Below, piece by piece: positions 1-9,624 of a DNA stretch of 64,000 nucleotides. Origin of the DNA: an uncultured Pelagibacteraceae bacterium (GTDB taxonomy: Bacteria > Pseudomonadota > Alphaproteobacteria > Pelagibacterales > AG-422-B15). Both the position numbers and the translations under genes were made by a program. A model generated the notes under the pieces. The model did not search any database and was not told the origin of the DNA. It saw nothing but the letters and a program-made list of their open reading frames with translations. Where the stretch lies: the NCBI GenBank assembly GCA_902610585.1, contig CACLWE010000001.1, forward strand, positions 110,970 through 174,969. The letters are read 5' to 3'. Position 1 is the stretch's first letter. Each line of letters starts with the position of its first letter.

Positions 1-87
1 TTAATTCTAGGTGCAATAAATGAAAATAAAGATGTGATCTTGCTACATCCACAACAAAAAGTAGATAATGGATCGAACGTTTACTGA
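1..87 (+). CDS. 3' end of a CDS truncated by the window edge (last 28 codons); product not assignable
   Basis: Frame 1 reads LILGAINENKDVILLHPQQKVDNGSNVY and then TGA at 85-87. There is no start codon in the window. Confidence 0.4.
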   Translation, partial: LILGAINENKDVILLHPQQKVDNGSNVY

Positions 88-94
88 CTTGTAT

Positions 95-171
95 TGGTGC
101 GCTCGAGATGATTCGAACATCCGACCCCAGGATTAGGAATCCTGTGCTCTATCCTGCTGAGCTACGAGCGC
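95..171 (-). tRNA. tRNA-Arg (anticodon CCT), CCA encoded
   Basis: The reverse complement GCGCTCGTAGCTCAGCAGGATAGAGCACAGGATTCCTAATCCTGGGGTCGGATGTTCGAATCATCTCGAGCGCACCA folds as a cloverleaf. Acceptor stem is GCGCTCG/CGAGCGC, anticodon stem is CAGGA/TCCTG, anticodon loop is TTCCTAA and T-loop is TTCGAAT. Confidence 0.95.
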
Positions 172-359
172 ATAATTAAAGATTTTTTCAAAAAAAAATA
201 ATTTTTATTTTATTTTAATTAAAATAAATAAAAAAAAATAAATTTTTGTTACTATAAAAAAAATCTAATAACTATAAGTATTTAAATACATTTACTAACA
301 ATTTAAAATACATTGAAAAAAAAATTTAAAATTCAAAAATTTCAAAAAACAGCGAAAAA

Positions 360-388
360 TTGACAGTTTTTCATAAAAGTTTAATCAT
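360..388 (+). promoter_or_regulatory. candidate sigma70-type promoter for the H1-like gene
   Basis: TTGACA lies at 360-365, followed by a 16-17 nt spacer and a weak -10 (TAATCA/AATCAT, 382-388). The leader has a small hairpin, GAATC-N6-GATTC, at 400-415. This is the only good -35 hexamer in the 286-bp AT-rich spacer. Confidence 0.3.
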
Positions 389-457
389 TGTAATAGAACG
401 AATCAATTTTGATTCATCTACTAACCTCTAACTAAACCCAAACGGGGGGAGATAATT

Positions 458-715
458 ATGGAGGAACTTAAAGTGATCTTTGCGAAAGCAAGGAAAAAAG
501 CTAAGAAAAAAGCAGCGCCTAAGAAAAAACGTAAAGCTGCTAAAAGGAAGCCAGCTAAGAAAAAAGCAGCTCCTAAAAAGAAAAAGCGTAAAGCAGCTAA
601 AAGGAAGCCAGCTAAGAAAAAAGCTGCTCCTAAAAAGAAAAAAAGGAAAGCCGCTAAGAAAAAAGCCGCTCCTAAAAAGAAAAAGAAAGCTGCTAAAAGA
701 AAAAAAAGAAGATAA
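458..715 (+). CDS. histone H1-like, Lys/Ala/Pro-rich nucleoid-associated protein (85 aa)
   Basis: A strong SD (GGGGGGAGA) lies 5-8 nt upstream of the ATG. The protein is almost entirely repeats of AKKKAAPKKK(K)RKAAKRKP. Two intrinsic terminators follow the gene. Confidence 0.8.
   Translation: MEELKVIFAKARKKAKKKAAPKKKRKAAKRKPAKKKAAPKKKKRKAAKRKPAKKKAAPKKKKRKAAKKKAAPKKKKKAAKRKKRR
500..712 (+). repeat. imperfect tandem repeat of 54-57 bp (about 3.5 copies) inside the H1-like CDS
   Basis: Repeat units start at 500, 554 and 611 (GCTAAGAAAAAAGC(A/T)GC(G/T)CCTAA...AAAAGGAAGCCA). A degenerate partial copy runs to the stop codon. Confidence 0.85.
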
Positions 716-717
716 TT

Positions 718-745
718 AGCATTGATTAATCAATGCTTTTTTTTT
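718..745 (+). terminator. Rho-independent terminator; palindromic, so potentially bidirectional
   Basis: Perfect 8-bp stem AGCATTGA/TCAATGCT with a TTAA loop at 718-737, followed by a T9 run. It lies between the convergent H1-like and carD genes. Confidence 0.7.
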
Positions 746-746
746 G

Positions 747-779
747 CGCCCTTAGTTCAATAAACTAGGGGCGTTTTTT
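747..779 (+). terminator. second tandem hairpin plus T-tract on the + strand, embedded in the 3' end of carD
   Basis: An 11-bp stem (CGCCCTTAGTT / AACTAGGGGCG, one G-T pair) with a 5-nt loop is followed by T6 at 774-779. It overlaps the last carD codons on the opposite strand. Confidence 0.55.
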
Positions 780-1564
780 AATTTATCTCTACCAAGAATC
801 TTATCGACTTTTTTTATTGCATTTTCCTCGGTAATTTTAAGTCCAGCAATCACTTCTCTCAAAAATCGATCATAAGATAATTCAAAAAGTTGGCGCTCAC
901 TATAAGATTGCTCTATTTGATTATTTGCTCTGTTTAGATCTCTAACAACTTCAGCAATTTGTTCAATGTCACCTGAGTTAATTTTAAGGTCATATTCCTG
1001 AGCCCTTCTACTCCACATTGTTCTCTTTATTTTTGGTTTCTGAGAAAGGATTTTTAACACAGTTTGAATTTTAGATGGTTTTGATACTTTTCTTAAATTA
1101 AGAGATTTAGCCTTTTCAACTGGAACTCTCAAAATTAATTTATCTCGTACAAACTCTATCACATACATTTCCAGTTTTTGTCCAACGACCTCTCTTTTTT
1201 CAATATCTATAACTTGGCCTACGCCGTGTGTTGGATAAACAACATGATCTTTTGTGTTAAAAATTTTTTTAACTTTTTTTTCTTTAATCGTCTTTATTTC
1301 TAAAAATTTTTTAACTTTTTTTGCTTGATAGTGAGCAGGATTAATAATTCGATTATTAACTTTTTTGTCAGATTGTGGAGGAAGTTTAGGCTCTACAAAT
1401 TTTCTTACTTCTTTTGTCTTTTTAACAACTTTTTTAACTTTATTCTTTATTGGGATCTTCTTTACTGAGGTTTTCTTTTTTACAACCTTAGTTTTTTTCT
1501 TTTTAGTTTTCTTTTTCAGAATTTTCTTTTTGGCGGCTTTACTGACTTTTTTCTTTTTTTTCAT
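752..1564 (-). CDS. carD: CarD/CdnL-family RNA-polymerase-binding regulator with a ~100-aa Lys-rich N-terminal extension (270 aa)
   Basis: Residues ~104-270 match the CarD_CdnL_TRCF pattern (HVVYPTHGVGQVIDIEKREVVGQKLEMYVIEF...). Residues 1-100 are a KKKK/KKV-type low-complexity tail. Confidence 0.85.
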   Translation of the reverse strand: MKKKKKVSKAAKKKILKKKTKKKKTKVVKKKTSVKKIPIKNKVKKVVKKTKEVRKFVEPKLPPQSDKKVNNRIINPAHYQAKKVKKFLEIKTIKEKKVKKIFNTKDHVVYPTHGVGQVIDIEKREVVGQKLEMYVIEFVRDKLILRVPVEKAKSLNLRKVSKPSKIQTVLKILSQKPKIKRTMWSRRAQEYDLKINSGDIEQIAEVVRDLNRANNQIEQSYSERQLFELSYDRFLREVIAGLKITEENAIKKVDKILGRDKLKNAPSLLN

Positions 1565-1572
1565 AGAACTGA

Positions 1573-1905
1573 TTAACTCCCAGATTTTTCGGAAAAATAT
1601 TTATCATATTTATTTTCTTCGCTCTCATACATTTTTGCATCAGTTGGAGAGTCTTTTTTCATAGTAATGTTCGGCCATATTTCAGAAAACTTTTGATTCA
1701 CTTCTAACCATTTTTCATTTTTATCATCTGTATCAGGGATGATTGCATCAACAGGACACTCTGGTTCACACACACCACAATCTATACATTCATCAGGATT
1801 AATTACTAACATATTTTCGCCTTCGTAGAAACAATCAACCGGACATACCTCAACGCAATCAGTATATTTGCATTTTATGCATTTTTCGTTAACTAGATAG
1901 GTCAT
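1573..1905 (-). CDS. fdxA: 7Fe-type ferredoxin (3Fe-4S + 4Fe-4S)
   Basis: Contains [18 protein letters not shown] and [12 protein letters not shown] cysteine clusters. Size is 110 aa. Confidence 0.9.
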   Translation of the reverse strand: MTYLVNEKCIKCKYTDCVEVCPVDCFYEGENMLVINPDECIDCGVCEPECPVDAIIPDTDDKNEKWLEVNQKFSEIWPNITMKKDSPTDAKMYESEENKYDKYFSEKSGS

Positions 1906-1911
1906 TTTATA

Positions 1912-2349
1912 CTATTGTGAGATCTTTTTCTTTATTTCACCAACTTTAAAGTCATCGATATATAGAAGACCAGATATTTTACGCACTAAAGCATTTTCAT
2001 AATCATCAACTCTGCGATCAGCAATTACAATCTTCCATATCATTTCAATTATCATTATTTTTTCATCGTCAGTTAGTAAGCTATTAATCTTTGAAGTAAA
2101 TTGGTGAATATCACTCGCGTTATCAACTAGTTCGCAAGAAGCCTCAAAAAGTTTATTTAATTTGTCATTATCTAAATTATAAAAATTACCAAGTAATTTT
2201 AATATCTCATCTTTTTCAATCTTATCGAATTCACCGTCGTGCAGAGCAGTAGTAACCATCAACGACGCTACAGCTAATTGCGATGCCTCAAACTCTTCTT
2301 CTTTGACATCTTTCTTGTCTGATAACAGCGTTTTGAATTTATCTAACAT
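1912..2349 (-). CDS. TerB-family (tellurite-resistance-like / DjlA N-domain-like) protein
   Basis: A 145-aa acidic helical protein. It shows the TerB-like pattern ...HDGEFDKIEKDEI...IADRRVDDYENALVRKI... Confidence 0.6.
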   Translation of the reverse strand: MLDKFKTLLSDKKDVKEEEFEASQLAVASLMVTTALHDGEFDKIEKDEILKLLGNFYNLDNDKLNKLFEASCELVDNASDIHQFTSKINSLLTDDEKIMIIEMIWKIVIADRRVDDYENALVRKISGLLYIDDFKVGEIKKKISQ

Positions 2350-2528
2350 AATAACATATTTGTATATTAGAATTTAAAGAGTACTATATCTGGTGTCCAT
2401 TATAGAACAAAAGGTGTAGATTATATGTCCGAATCACCAACTTGGAATGTTCTTTAAATATTCTAATTTTTTTTATTTCTAATTAACTATATATATCACT
2501 TAATCAAAATTTAAAAGTTTCAATAAAA

Positions 2529-4682
2529 ATGACAAATAAATCAAATAATGGCTTTAATACTTGGCAAAAAAGTTTCGAAAAAGAAACTAAGAAAAAATTT
2601 AGTGATGTAAAATCAGAGACTGATGAAGGAATAGATATTAAGCCAGTATACACTAAAGACGACCTAGAAAACTTTACATTTGTTGAGAATAACTCTCTTC
2701 CTGGCCAATGGCCTTATACAAGAGGTCCCAAAGCATCAATGTATACAAATAGACCCTGGACGATCAGGCAGTATGCAGGATTTTCAACGGCTGAAGAGTC
2801 GAATGAATTTTATAAAAAAAATTTAGAGTCTGGTCAAAAAGGTCTATCAGTTGCTTTTGATTTGCCAACCCATAGAGGATATGACTCAGATGATGACTTG
2901 GTAATGGGGGATGTGGGTAAAGCTGGTGTAGCAATAGATACTGTTGAAGATATGAAAATTCTTTTTAATAATATTCCTCTAGATCAAATGTCTGTATCAA
3001 TGACTATGAACGGTGCTGTATTACCAGTACTTGCATCATTTATTGTTGCGGGAGAAGAACAGGGCGTTGATAGAAGTTTACTATCAGGAACAATTCAAAA
3101 CGACATCTTAAAAGAGTTTATGGTGAGAAATACATACATATATCCTCCTGAGCCATCAATGAAGATTGTTGCCGATATAATAGAGTTTACTTCAAAGGAG
3201 ATGCCCAAGTTTAATTCTATTTCAATTTCTGGTTATCATATGCAAGAAGCAGGTGCTGATAATGTTCTTGAATTAGCTTACACTTTAGCCGATGGAATGG
3301 AATATGTAAGAGCAGCAATGTCAAAGGATCTTGATGTTGATGATTTTGCACCAAGGCTCTCTTTCTTTTTTGCAATCGGAACGGACTTTTTTATGGAGAT
3401 TGCCAAACTTAGAGCCGCAAGAACATTGTGGGCAAAGATCATGAAAAATTTTGGAGCTAAAAATGAAAGATCTCTTATTTTAAGAACACACTGTCAAACA
3501 TCAGGTGTATCCTTAACCGAGAAAGATCCTTATAATAATATTATAAGAACATCTTATGAGGCCCTGTCTGCTATACTTGGTGGAACACAAAGTTTACACA
3601 CAAACTCATTTGATGAAGCAATTGCTTTACCAACAGACGAATCTGCAAGAATTGCAAGAAATACTCAATTGATTCTTCAAAATGAAACTGGTGTAACAAA
3701 AACGGTTGATCCTCTTGCGGGGTCATATTTCGTTGAAAACCTGACTGAAGAATTATCAAAAAAAGCTTGGGATATTATTACAGAAATTGAAGAATTAGGT
3801 GGGATGACCAAAGCTGTAAAAGCAGGTATTCCTAAATTAAAAATTGAAGAGTCTGCAACTAAGAAGCAAGCTAAAGTCGATAGTGGATCCAGGGTTGTAG
3901 TTGGAGTAAATAAATATAAAAATCCAAAAGAACCTTCGGTTGATGTGAGAGTAATTGATAATAATCGTGTTCGAGATGATCAAATAAAGAAAATCCAGGC
4001 AATAAAAAAGTCACGTGATATAACAGCTGTCGAAAAAGCACTTGATAAGTTAACAAATGCTGCAAAAGATGAAACAAATCTTCTAGCGCCTTGCATAGAA
4101 GCTATTAAACTAAGAGCAACGGTTGGAGAAGTATCAAAGGCATTAGAGCAAGTATATGGTAGACATTTTGCAAAAAGCTTAAGCGTCTCGGGAGTTTATG
4201 GTAAACATTTTGAGGGTGATCAAGAATTTATGAAGGTAGAAAATAAAATTAAGGAATTTGAAAATTTAAATGGTAGGAGGCCACGAATACTTGTAGTGAA
4301 GATGGGTCAAGATGGTCATGATAGAGGCGCAAAAATAGTTGCAACTTCGTTTGCGGATATGGGCTTTGATGTTGACATGGGTCCGCTATTTCAATCTCCT
4401 AGAGATGTTGCTAAAGATGCTATCGAAAATGATGTTCATGCAATTGGCGTTTCAACTTTAGCTGCTGGCCATAAAACTCTTGTACCTGAATTAATAAAAG
4501 GTCTAAAAGAAATTGATCCTAATTCAAAGATAATTGTTTTTGTAGGCGGGATAATTCCTGAACAAGATTATGAATTTCTATATGAAAATAATGTATCAGC
4601 TATTTTTGGTCCAGGTTCCAACATCATAGAGTCTGCCGAAAAAGTTATCGATTTAATTACAGATAACTTAAGTAAAGTGTAG
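2529..4682 (+). CDS. mcm: methylmalonyl-CoA mutase, single-chain form with a C-terminal B12-binding domain
   Basis: Contains [25 protein letters not shown] and [15 protein letters not shown]. The C-terminal region has the DxHxxG B12 motif ([12 protein letters not shown]). Size is 717 aa. Confidence 0.95.
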   Translation: MTNKSNNGFNTWQKSFEKETKKKFSDVKSETDEGIDIKPVYTKDDLENFTFVENNSLPGQWPYTRGPKASMYTNRPWTIRQYAGFSTAEESNEFYKKNLESGQKGLSVAFDLPTHRGYDSDDDLVMGDVGKAGVAIDTVEDMKILFNNIPLDQMSVSMTMNGAVLPVLASFIVAGEEQGVDRSLLSGTIQNDILKEFMVRNTYIYPPEPSMKIVADIIEFTSKEMPKFNSISISGYHMQEAGADNVLELAYTLADGMEYVRAAMSKDLDVDDFAPRLSFFFAIGTDFFMEIAKLRAARTLWAKIMKNFGAKNERSLILRTHCQTSGVSLTEKDPYNNIIRTSYEALSAILGGTQSLHTNSFDEAIALPTDESARIARNTQLILQNETGVTKTVDPLAGSYFVENLTEELSKKAWDIITEIEELGGMTKAVKAGIPKLKIEESATKKQAKVDSGSRVVVGVNKYKNPKEPSVDVRVIDNNRVRDDQIKKIQAIKKSRDITAVEKALDKLTNAAKDETNLLAPCIEAIKLRATVGEVSKALEQVYGRHFAKSLSVSGVYGKHFEGDQEFMKVENKIKEFENLNGRRPRILVVKMGQDGHDRGAKIVATSFADMGFDVDMGPLFQSPRDVAKDAIENDVHAIGVSTLAAGHKTLVPELIKGLKEIDPNSKIIVFVGGIIPEQDYEFLYENNVSAIFGPGSNIIESAEKVIDLITDNLSKV

Positions 4683-4685
4683 TCA

Positions 4686-5645
4686 ATGGATTTAATTGAT
4701 AATATTCTTAAGGGAGAACGTGCTGCCATTGCGAAAGCTATTACATTAGTCGAGTCTTCAAAGGACTCTGATCAACAAATTAGCAGGCAGATGATCTCAG
4801 AATTAATTAAAAAGCCTGGCAAATCAATAAGAGTAGGTTTTTCTGGCCCACCAGGAGTTGGAAAGTCAACATTCATAGAGTCCTTTGGAAGTTATTTGGT
4901 TGGTCAAAATTATAAGTTAGGCATTTTAGCTATTGATCCATCCTCACAAATTACTGGTGGGTCAATATTAGGAGATAAAACTCGAATGGTAGAGATATCA
5001 AAAAATCCAAATACTTTTATAAGATCTACACCCTCAAGAGGTTCTTTAGGAGGTATCTCTATGGGAACTCGCGAAGCATCAATCATATTAGATGCTGCGG
5101 GTTATGACTTTATATTTATTGAAACAGTTGGTGTGGGACAATCAGAAATTGTTGCAAGTAATTTAGTTGACATATTCACCCTTATTATAGGCCCCGGTTC
5201 TGGCGATGAGTTACAGGGAATTAAAAAAGGTATTACGGAGTATGCAGATATATTTATAGTCAATAAAAATGATGGCGAGTTGAAAATTGAAGCTTCAAAA
5301 ACTGCCTCTGACTATAAATCAGCTTTAAGTTACTATAAGAAAATAGATGAGCTTGAAAATCAGGTCTTATTAGTATCTGCAATTGAGCAAACTGGAATGG
5401 AGGATGTGATTAAAACCATTAATCAGATAATTGATCAAAATAAGTTAAAAGGGATATTTGAGGAAAGACGCGCTAATCAACTTGAATACTGGATAGAAGA
5501 AGAGGTAAAAAATATAATTGCTACAGGTATAACAAAACGACTGTCAAGTAAGGGAAATATTTCAAAATACTCTGAAAAAGTAATGAAAAATGAAATGTCA
5601 ATGTTTGAAGCAGTTGAAACAATAACAAAAGATACCCTTAAGTAA
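4686..5645 (+). CDS. meaB: methylmalonyl-CoA mutase-associated G-protein chaperone MeaB/ArgK
   Basis: Has P-loop GPPGVGKST and a later NKND motif. It starts 4 nt after the mcm stop. Confidence 0.9.
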   Translation: MDLIDNILKGERAAIAKAITLVESSKDSDQQISRQMISELIKKPGKSIRVGFSGPPGVGKSTFIESFGSYLVGQNYKLGILAIDPSSQITGGSILGDKTRMVEISKNPNTFIRSTPSRGSLGGISMGTREASIILDAAGYDFIFIETVGVGQSEIVASNLVDIFTLIIGPGSGDELQGIKKGITEYADIFIVNKNDGELKIEASKTASDYKSALSYYKKIDELENQVLLVSAIEQTGMEDVIKTINQIIDQNKLKGIFEERRANQLEYWIEEEVKNIIATGITKRLSSKGNISKYSEKVMKNEMSMFEAVETITKDTLK

Positions 5646-5691
5646 TAATCATATTGACAATAATTACCAAAAACTCTACTTAAAACTTACT

Positions 5692-5982
5692 ATGACAAAA
5701 GCATGTGATTTATCAGGAAAAAAAGTACAATTCGGCAATAATGTGAGCAAAGCCAATAATAAGACAAGAAGAAAATTTAATGTTAATCTTCAGTCTGTAA
5801 CTTTTAAAAGTGAGATTTTAAATAAGAATATAAGATTCTCTGTAGCTACTTCATCAATTAGAACAGTTTCCAAGTTTGGTGGTATCGATGAATTTTTAAC
5901 CAAGACAAAAAGCAAGAAGTTATCTCAAAAAGCAAAAAAAGTACAACGTGCTATGAATAACGCACAAAAAAAGGCTAGTTAA
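5692..5982 (+). CDS. rpmB: 50S ribosomal protein L28
   Basis: The sequence [34 protein letters not shown] is a typical L28 N-terminus. Size is 96 aa. Confidence 0.9.
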   Translation: MTKACDLSGKKVQFGNNVSKANNKTRRKFNVNLQSVTFKSEILNKNIRFSVATSSIRTVSKFGGIDEFLTKTKSKKLSQKAKKVQRAMNNAQKKAS

Positions 5983-7810
5983 TAGTTTGACGATTTAAAT
6001 TATTTTCATTTTCTTCAAAAAGATCTACCAATTGCTCAGTCATTACGTCGGCTAATTGTTCGGCATCAACAATTGTTACAGCTCTCTTGTAGTATCTTGT
6101 AACATCGTGACCAATTCCAACAGCAAGTAATTGTATTGAAGACTTTGACTCTATCCAATTTATTACACCTCGAAGATGTTTCTCTAAATAATTACCTGTA
6201 TTTACTGAAAGTGTACTATCATCGACAGGTGCACCATCTGAAATAACCATTAATATTTTTCTTGCCTCATATCTTGCCTGAAGCCTTTTGTGCGCCCATA
6301 ACAATGCTTCACCATCGATATTCTCTTTTAAAAGTCCCTCACGCATCATTAATCCAAGATTTTTCTTTGATCTTCTCCATGGTTCATCAGCCGCTTTATA
6401 AATTATATGCCTTAAATCATTTAATCTTCCGGGAGATGGAATTTTTTTATTTTGCATCCAATGCTCTCTGCTCTTTCCACCTTTCCAAGCTTTAGTGGTA
6501 AAACCCAGTATCTCAACTTTAACGCCGCACCTTTCAAGTGTCCTCGCTAGAATATCAGCACTCATTGCTGCAACTGTTATAGGGCGACCTCTCATTGAAC
6601 CTGAGTTATCTATTAGTAATGAGACTACAGTATCTTTAAAATCTGTATCTTTTTCTTTTTTAAATGACAGTGAATGATATGGGTCCATAATTATTCTCGT
6701 AAGTCTTGAGGTATCAAGTAGTCCTTCCTCAAGATCGAAATCCCAGCTTCTATTTTGTTTAGCCAATAACTTTCTTTGTAGTCTGTTAGCTAATCTTGAA
6801 ATTATCATTTGATAAGCTTTTAATTGCTGATCCAGATAAGCCCTTAATCTATTTAGTTCTTCATCTTCACAGATATTTTTCGCAGTAATAACTTCATCAA
6901 ATTCCTCAGTATAGACTTCGTATTCGTTAAGTATTTTTTCTACTGAATTTTCTGCTTTGTATTGGGGAGTTGCGTTTTCAGTATTACCCTCATCTATTTC
7001 ACTTAATTCATCATCTTCTTGTTGGTCAATATTCATCTCAGTTTCATCATAACCTACCTCTTCCTCAGATTGAGTAGATTCTTCATCACTAAAGGAAGAC
7101 TGGTTTTCCATTTCATTCACCTCATCGTTTTCTAGTTGATCAATATTTTGATTTTCCTCTTCTTTATTGTCTTTATCATCACTATTTTCATTATCATAAT
7201 AGTCTAGCTCTCTAATTAGTTTGTTCACATTTTCAGCAAATAGTTTTTGATCATGTATATTTTTTAAAAGTTGATCAGATGCGTCACTAATTTTATTATT
7301 CAACCATTTCTTCCATAGATTAAGGGCATTATTTGAGTTAGATGGAAGATAATCATTATTGATTTTATTTCTTAAATACAAGTCTATTGCATCTTCAATA
7401 TTCAAATCTGATTGCTTTGAAACAGCGTCTAGGTTCTTCTCTCTAAATTTTTGTTCATAAAGTGTCTTTAAATTAGATTTAACTCCTCGCATTAACTTAC
7501 TGCCTATAAGCTGGATTCGAGTATTTTCTAAAACTTCATAAATTTTTCTATTTTTTTCACCAGAGGGTTCAAATTGTATATAGGTTTCTTTGTTATGATA
7601 TTTGTACCTAAGAGCCTCATTATCAGCATGCCCTCGTAATTGATTTAAATTTTTTAAGTCCTCACTATTTTCAATTTTAGGTAGTACAATTTTATTATCG
7701 GTTGATGAAAGATTATCCTCGAATACAACATCAATTTCTTTATCTTCAGCTATTGCTCGTGTAGTTGAAGATATAGCTTTTTTGATATCTTCTAAATAAT
7801 CTTCTTTCAC
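5975..7810 (-). CDS. cobT: CobT-family protein (aerobic cobaltochelatase subunit homologue, VWA domain)
   Basis: Has a C-terminal VWA/MIDAS motif ([11 protein letters not shown]) and a long acidic D/E/N-rich central insert. It uses a GTG start that overlaps the cobS stop by 1 nt. Confidence 0.85.
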   Translation of the reverse strand: MKEDYLEDIKKAISSTTRAIAEDKEIDVVFEDNLSSTDNKIVLPKIENSEDLKNLNQLRGHADNEALRYKYHNKETYIQFEPSGEKNRKIYEVLENTRIQLIGSKLMRGVKSNLKTLYEQKFREKNLDAVSKQSDLNIEDAIDLYLRNKINNDYLPSNSNNALNLWKKWLNNKISDASDQLLKNIHDQKLFAENVNKLIRELDYYDNENSDDKDNKEEENQNIDQLENDEVNEMENQSSFSDEESTQSEEEVGYDETEMNIDQQEDDELSEIDEGNTENATPQYKAENSVEKILNEYEVYTEEFDEVITAKNICEDEELNRLRAYLDQQLKAYQMIISRLANRLQRKLLAKQNRSWDFDLEEGLLDTSRLTRIIMDPYHSLSFKKEKDTDFKDTVVSLLIDNSGSMRGRPITVAAMSADILARTLERCGVKVEILGFTTKAWKGGKSREHWMQNKKIPSPGRLNDLRHIIYKAADEPWRRSKKNLGLMMREGLLKENIDGEALLWAHKRLQARYEARKILMVISDGAPVDDSTLSVNTGNYLEKHLRGVINWIESKSSIQLLAVGIGHDVTRYYKRAVTIVDAEQLADVMTEQLVDLFEENENNLNRQTIN

Positions 7811-8799
7811 TAAACTAAATCAAATTTGCTTGCTTCAGTTGTGACCTCTTCTCCAAAACAGCGTTGATAGTACTCGGCTATAATTTGTCTTTCACTTTCA
7901 TCACACTTATTTAAGAAAGTAAGTTTAAATGCTGCGGAATAATTGTGATCAAAAATTTCAGAATTTTGAGCCCAAGTTAGAACTGTCCTGGGACTCATAA
8001 CCGTTGATATATCTCCATTTGCAAGACCTTTTCTAGATAAATCAGCAACTTTTATCATCAATTCAATGATCTCTTCCTTTTCAGGGTTATTAAATGAAGG
8101 AACTTTCGAGAGCATTATCTTTTTTTCTTGTTCAAGATCTAAATAGTTAAGAGTAGTAACTATGCTCCACCTATCCATCTGCCCCTGATTTATTTGCTGT
8201 GTGCCATGATAAAGTCCAGTTGTATCTCCTAATCCAACTGTGTTTGTAGTTGCAAATAATCTAAAGTATGGATTTGGCGTTAAAACCCTGTTCTTATCTA
8301 ATAATGTAAATTTACCCTCAGACTCTAATACCCTTTGAATGACAAACATAACATCTGGTCTTCCAGCATCATATTCATCAAAAACCAAAGCTGTAGGTGT
8401 TTGTAATGACCAAGGTAAGATTCCGTCTTGAAATTCCGTAACTTGCTTTCCATCATTTAATACAATTGCATCTTTGCCAATCAAATCGATCCGACTAATG
8501 TGACTATCAAGATTGACTCTTACGCAAGGCCAATTAAGCCGAGCAGCAATCTGTTCAATATGTGTTGATTTTCCAGTCCCATGTAATCCTTGGACCATAA
8601 CCCTTCTGTTATATTTAAATCCAGACAGTATTGCCATGGTAGTTGCCTTATCAAAACAATAGTTAGAGTCGATTTCAGGAACATACTCTGATTTCTTAGA
8701 AAAACCCTCAACATGAAGATCTGTATCAAATCCAAAAGCTTGATTCACAGATATAGATATATCCGGCTTACTTTGCATGAGACTTTCTGTTGTTGTCAT
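7810..8799 (-). CDS. cobS: CobS-family AAA+ (MoxR-like) ATPase
   Basis: Has Walker [10 protein letters not shown] and Walker B LVFDEYD. Size is 329 aa and it lies directly upstream of cobT. Confidence 0.85.
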   Translation of the reverse strand: MTTTESLMQSKPDISISVNQAFGFDTDLHVEGFSKKSEYVPEIDSNYCFDKATTMAILSGFKYNRRVMVQGLHGTGKSTHIEQIAARLNWPCVRVNLDSHISRIDLIGKDAIVLNDGKQVTEFQDGILPWSLQTPTALVFDEYDAGRPDVMFVIQRVLESEGKFTLLDKNRVLTPNPYFRLFATTNTVGLGDTTGLYHGTQQINQGQMDRWSIVTTLNYLDLEQEKKIMLSKVPSFNNPEKEEIIELMIKVADLSRKGLANGDISTVMSPRTVLTWAQNSEIFDHNYSAAFKLTFLNKCDESERQIIAEYYQRCFGEEVTTEASKFDLV

Positions 8800-9307
8800 A
8801 TTGTTCCTTTATTATTTTATAGGCTTCTAAAACCTTAGTTAATTTTTCTTTATTTTTTTCATTTTTACCAACTGTATCAGGGTGTAATTCTTTTACAATC
8901 TTTTTGAATTTAGACTTGATTTCATTGAGCGAACATTCCTTATTTTCAATCCCTAAAGTTGCAAGAGCATTTAAATACTTAGAACTATAATAACTAGGAT
9001 GTACGAGCTTATTTTCAAGATTATTCATCCCCTGAAACATTCTCTCTGAAATTTTAGATATTTTTTCAAAATAACTTGTATCATTTGACCCTATTTGCTT
9101 GGTTTTTCTATGGCCAATTATGTCATTTTCGATAAATGCCTCAATTTCATCGGCTGTCATATCTGAAAAATAATTCCATTTTTTGTTATATTCTTTTATG
9201 TGTTTTAGACAGAACCAAATGTATTTTCTTAGATCTTTTGTGGAAGACGGAGCGCGATATTCTCCTATTTCTTCGCATCCTTTAAAATGACATTTTCTTT
9301 TGTTCAT
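8768..9307 (-). CDS. J-domain protein (C-terminal DnaJ domain)
   Basis: Carries the HPD motif in the context FKKIVKELHPDTVGKNEK. Its 3' end overlaps the cobS start by about 32 nt. Confidence 0.75.
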   Translation of the reverse strand: MNKRKCHFKGCEEIGEYRAPSSTKDLRKYIWFCLKHIKEYNKKWNYFSDMTADEIEAFIENDIIGHRKTKQIGSNDTSYFEKISKISERMFQGMNNLENKLVHPSYYSSKYLNALATLGIENKECSLNEIKSKFKKIVKELHPDTVGKNEKNKEKLTKVLEAYKIIKEQYDNNRKSHAK

Positions 9308-9342
9308 ATTGTCTTTTCATATGTTAGATTAGATTAATATAC

Positions 9343-9624
9343 ATGACTCTAGAAGAATCTATAGATAAGAAAATTAATGACAATCTAAACCCGTCCTTTT
9401 TTAAAATTATAAACTTTTCTAATCAACATAAAAATCATTATGAAGGTGATAACAAAGATACTTCACATATTAAAATCATTATTGTTTCAGAATCTTTTGA
9501 TGGATATTCAAGAATAGAAAGAGAGAGGATTGTTCATAACATACTTAAAGAAGAAATATTGACAGAGATACACTCAATACGATTAAAACTTTATATAAAG
9601 TCAGAATACGATTTAATTAAGTGA
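9343..9624 (+). CDS. bolA: BolA-family protein
   Basis: At 93 aa with ...HIKIIIVSESFDGYSRIERERIVHNIL... it matches the BolA fold pattern. Confidence 0.75.
   Translation: MTLEESIDKKINDNLNPSFFKIINFSNQHKNHYEGDNKDTSHIKIIIVSESFDGYSRIERERIVHNILKEEILTEIHSIRLKLYIKSEYDLIK

Noticed and set aside
480-719. An alternative-frame 79-aa basic ORF overlapping the H1-like gene.
   Set aside because: It is a by-product of the AAG/AAA-rich repeat. The 458-715 frame has the strong SD and a clean KAAP repeat.
1365-1664. A 99-aa Phe-rich ORF antisense to the carD N-terminal tail.
   Set aside because: It is the mirror image of the poly-Lys codons (AAA/TTT). There is no independent support for it.
2350-2528. A possible cobalamin riboswitch upstream of methylmalonyl-CoA mutase.
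   Set aside because: The 180-bp spacer is almost pure A/T. It has no GC-rich B12-box-like core and no multi-helix potential. Only a trivial TGGTG...CACCA pairing is present.
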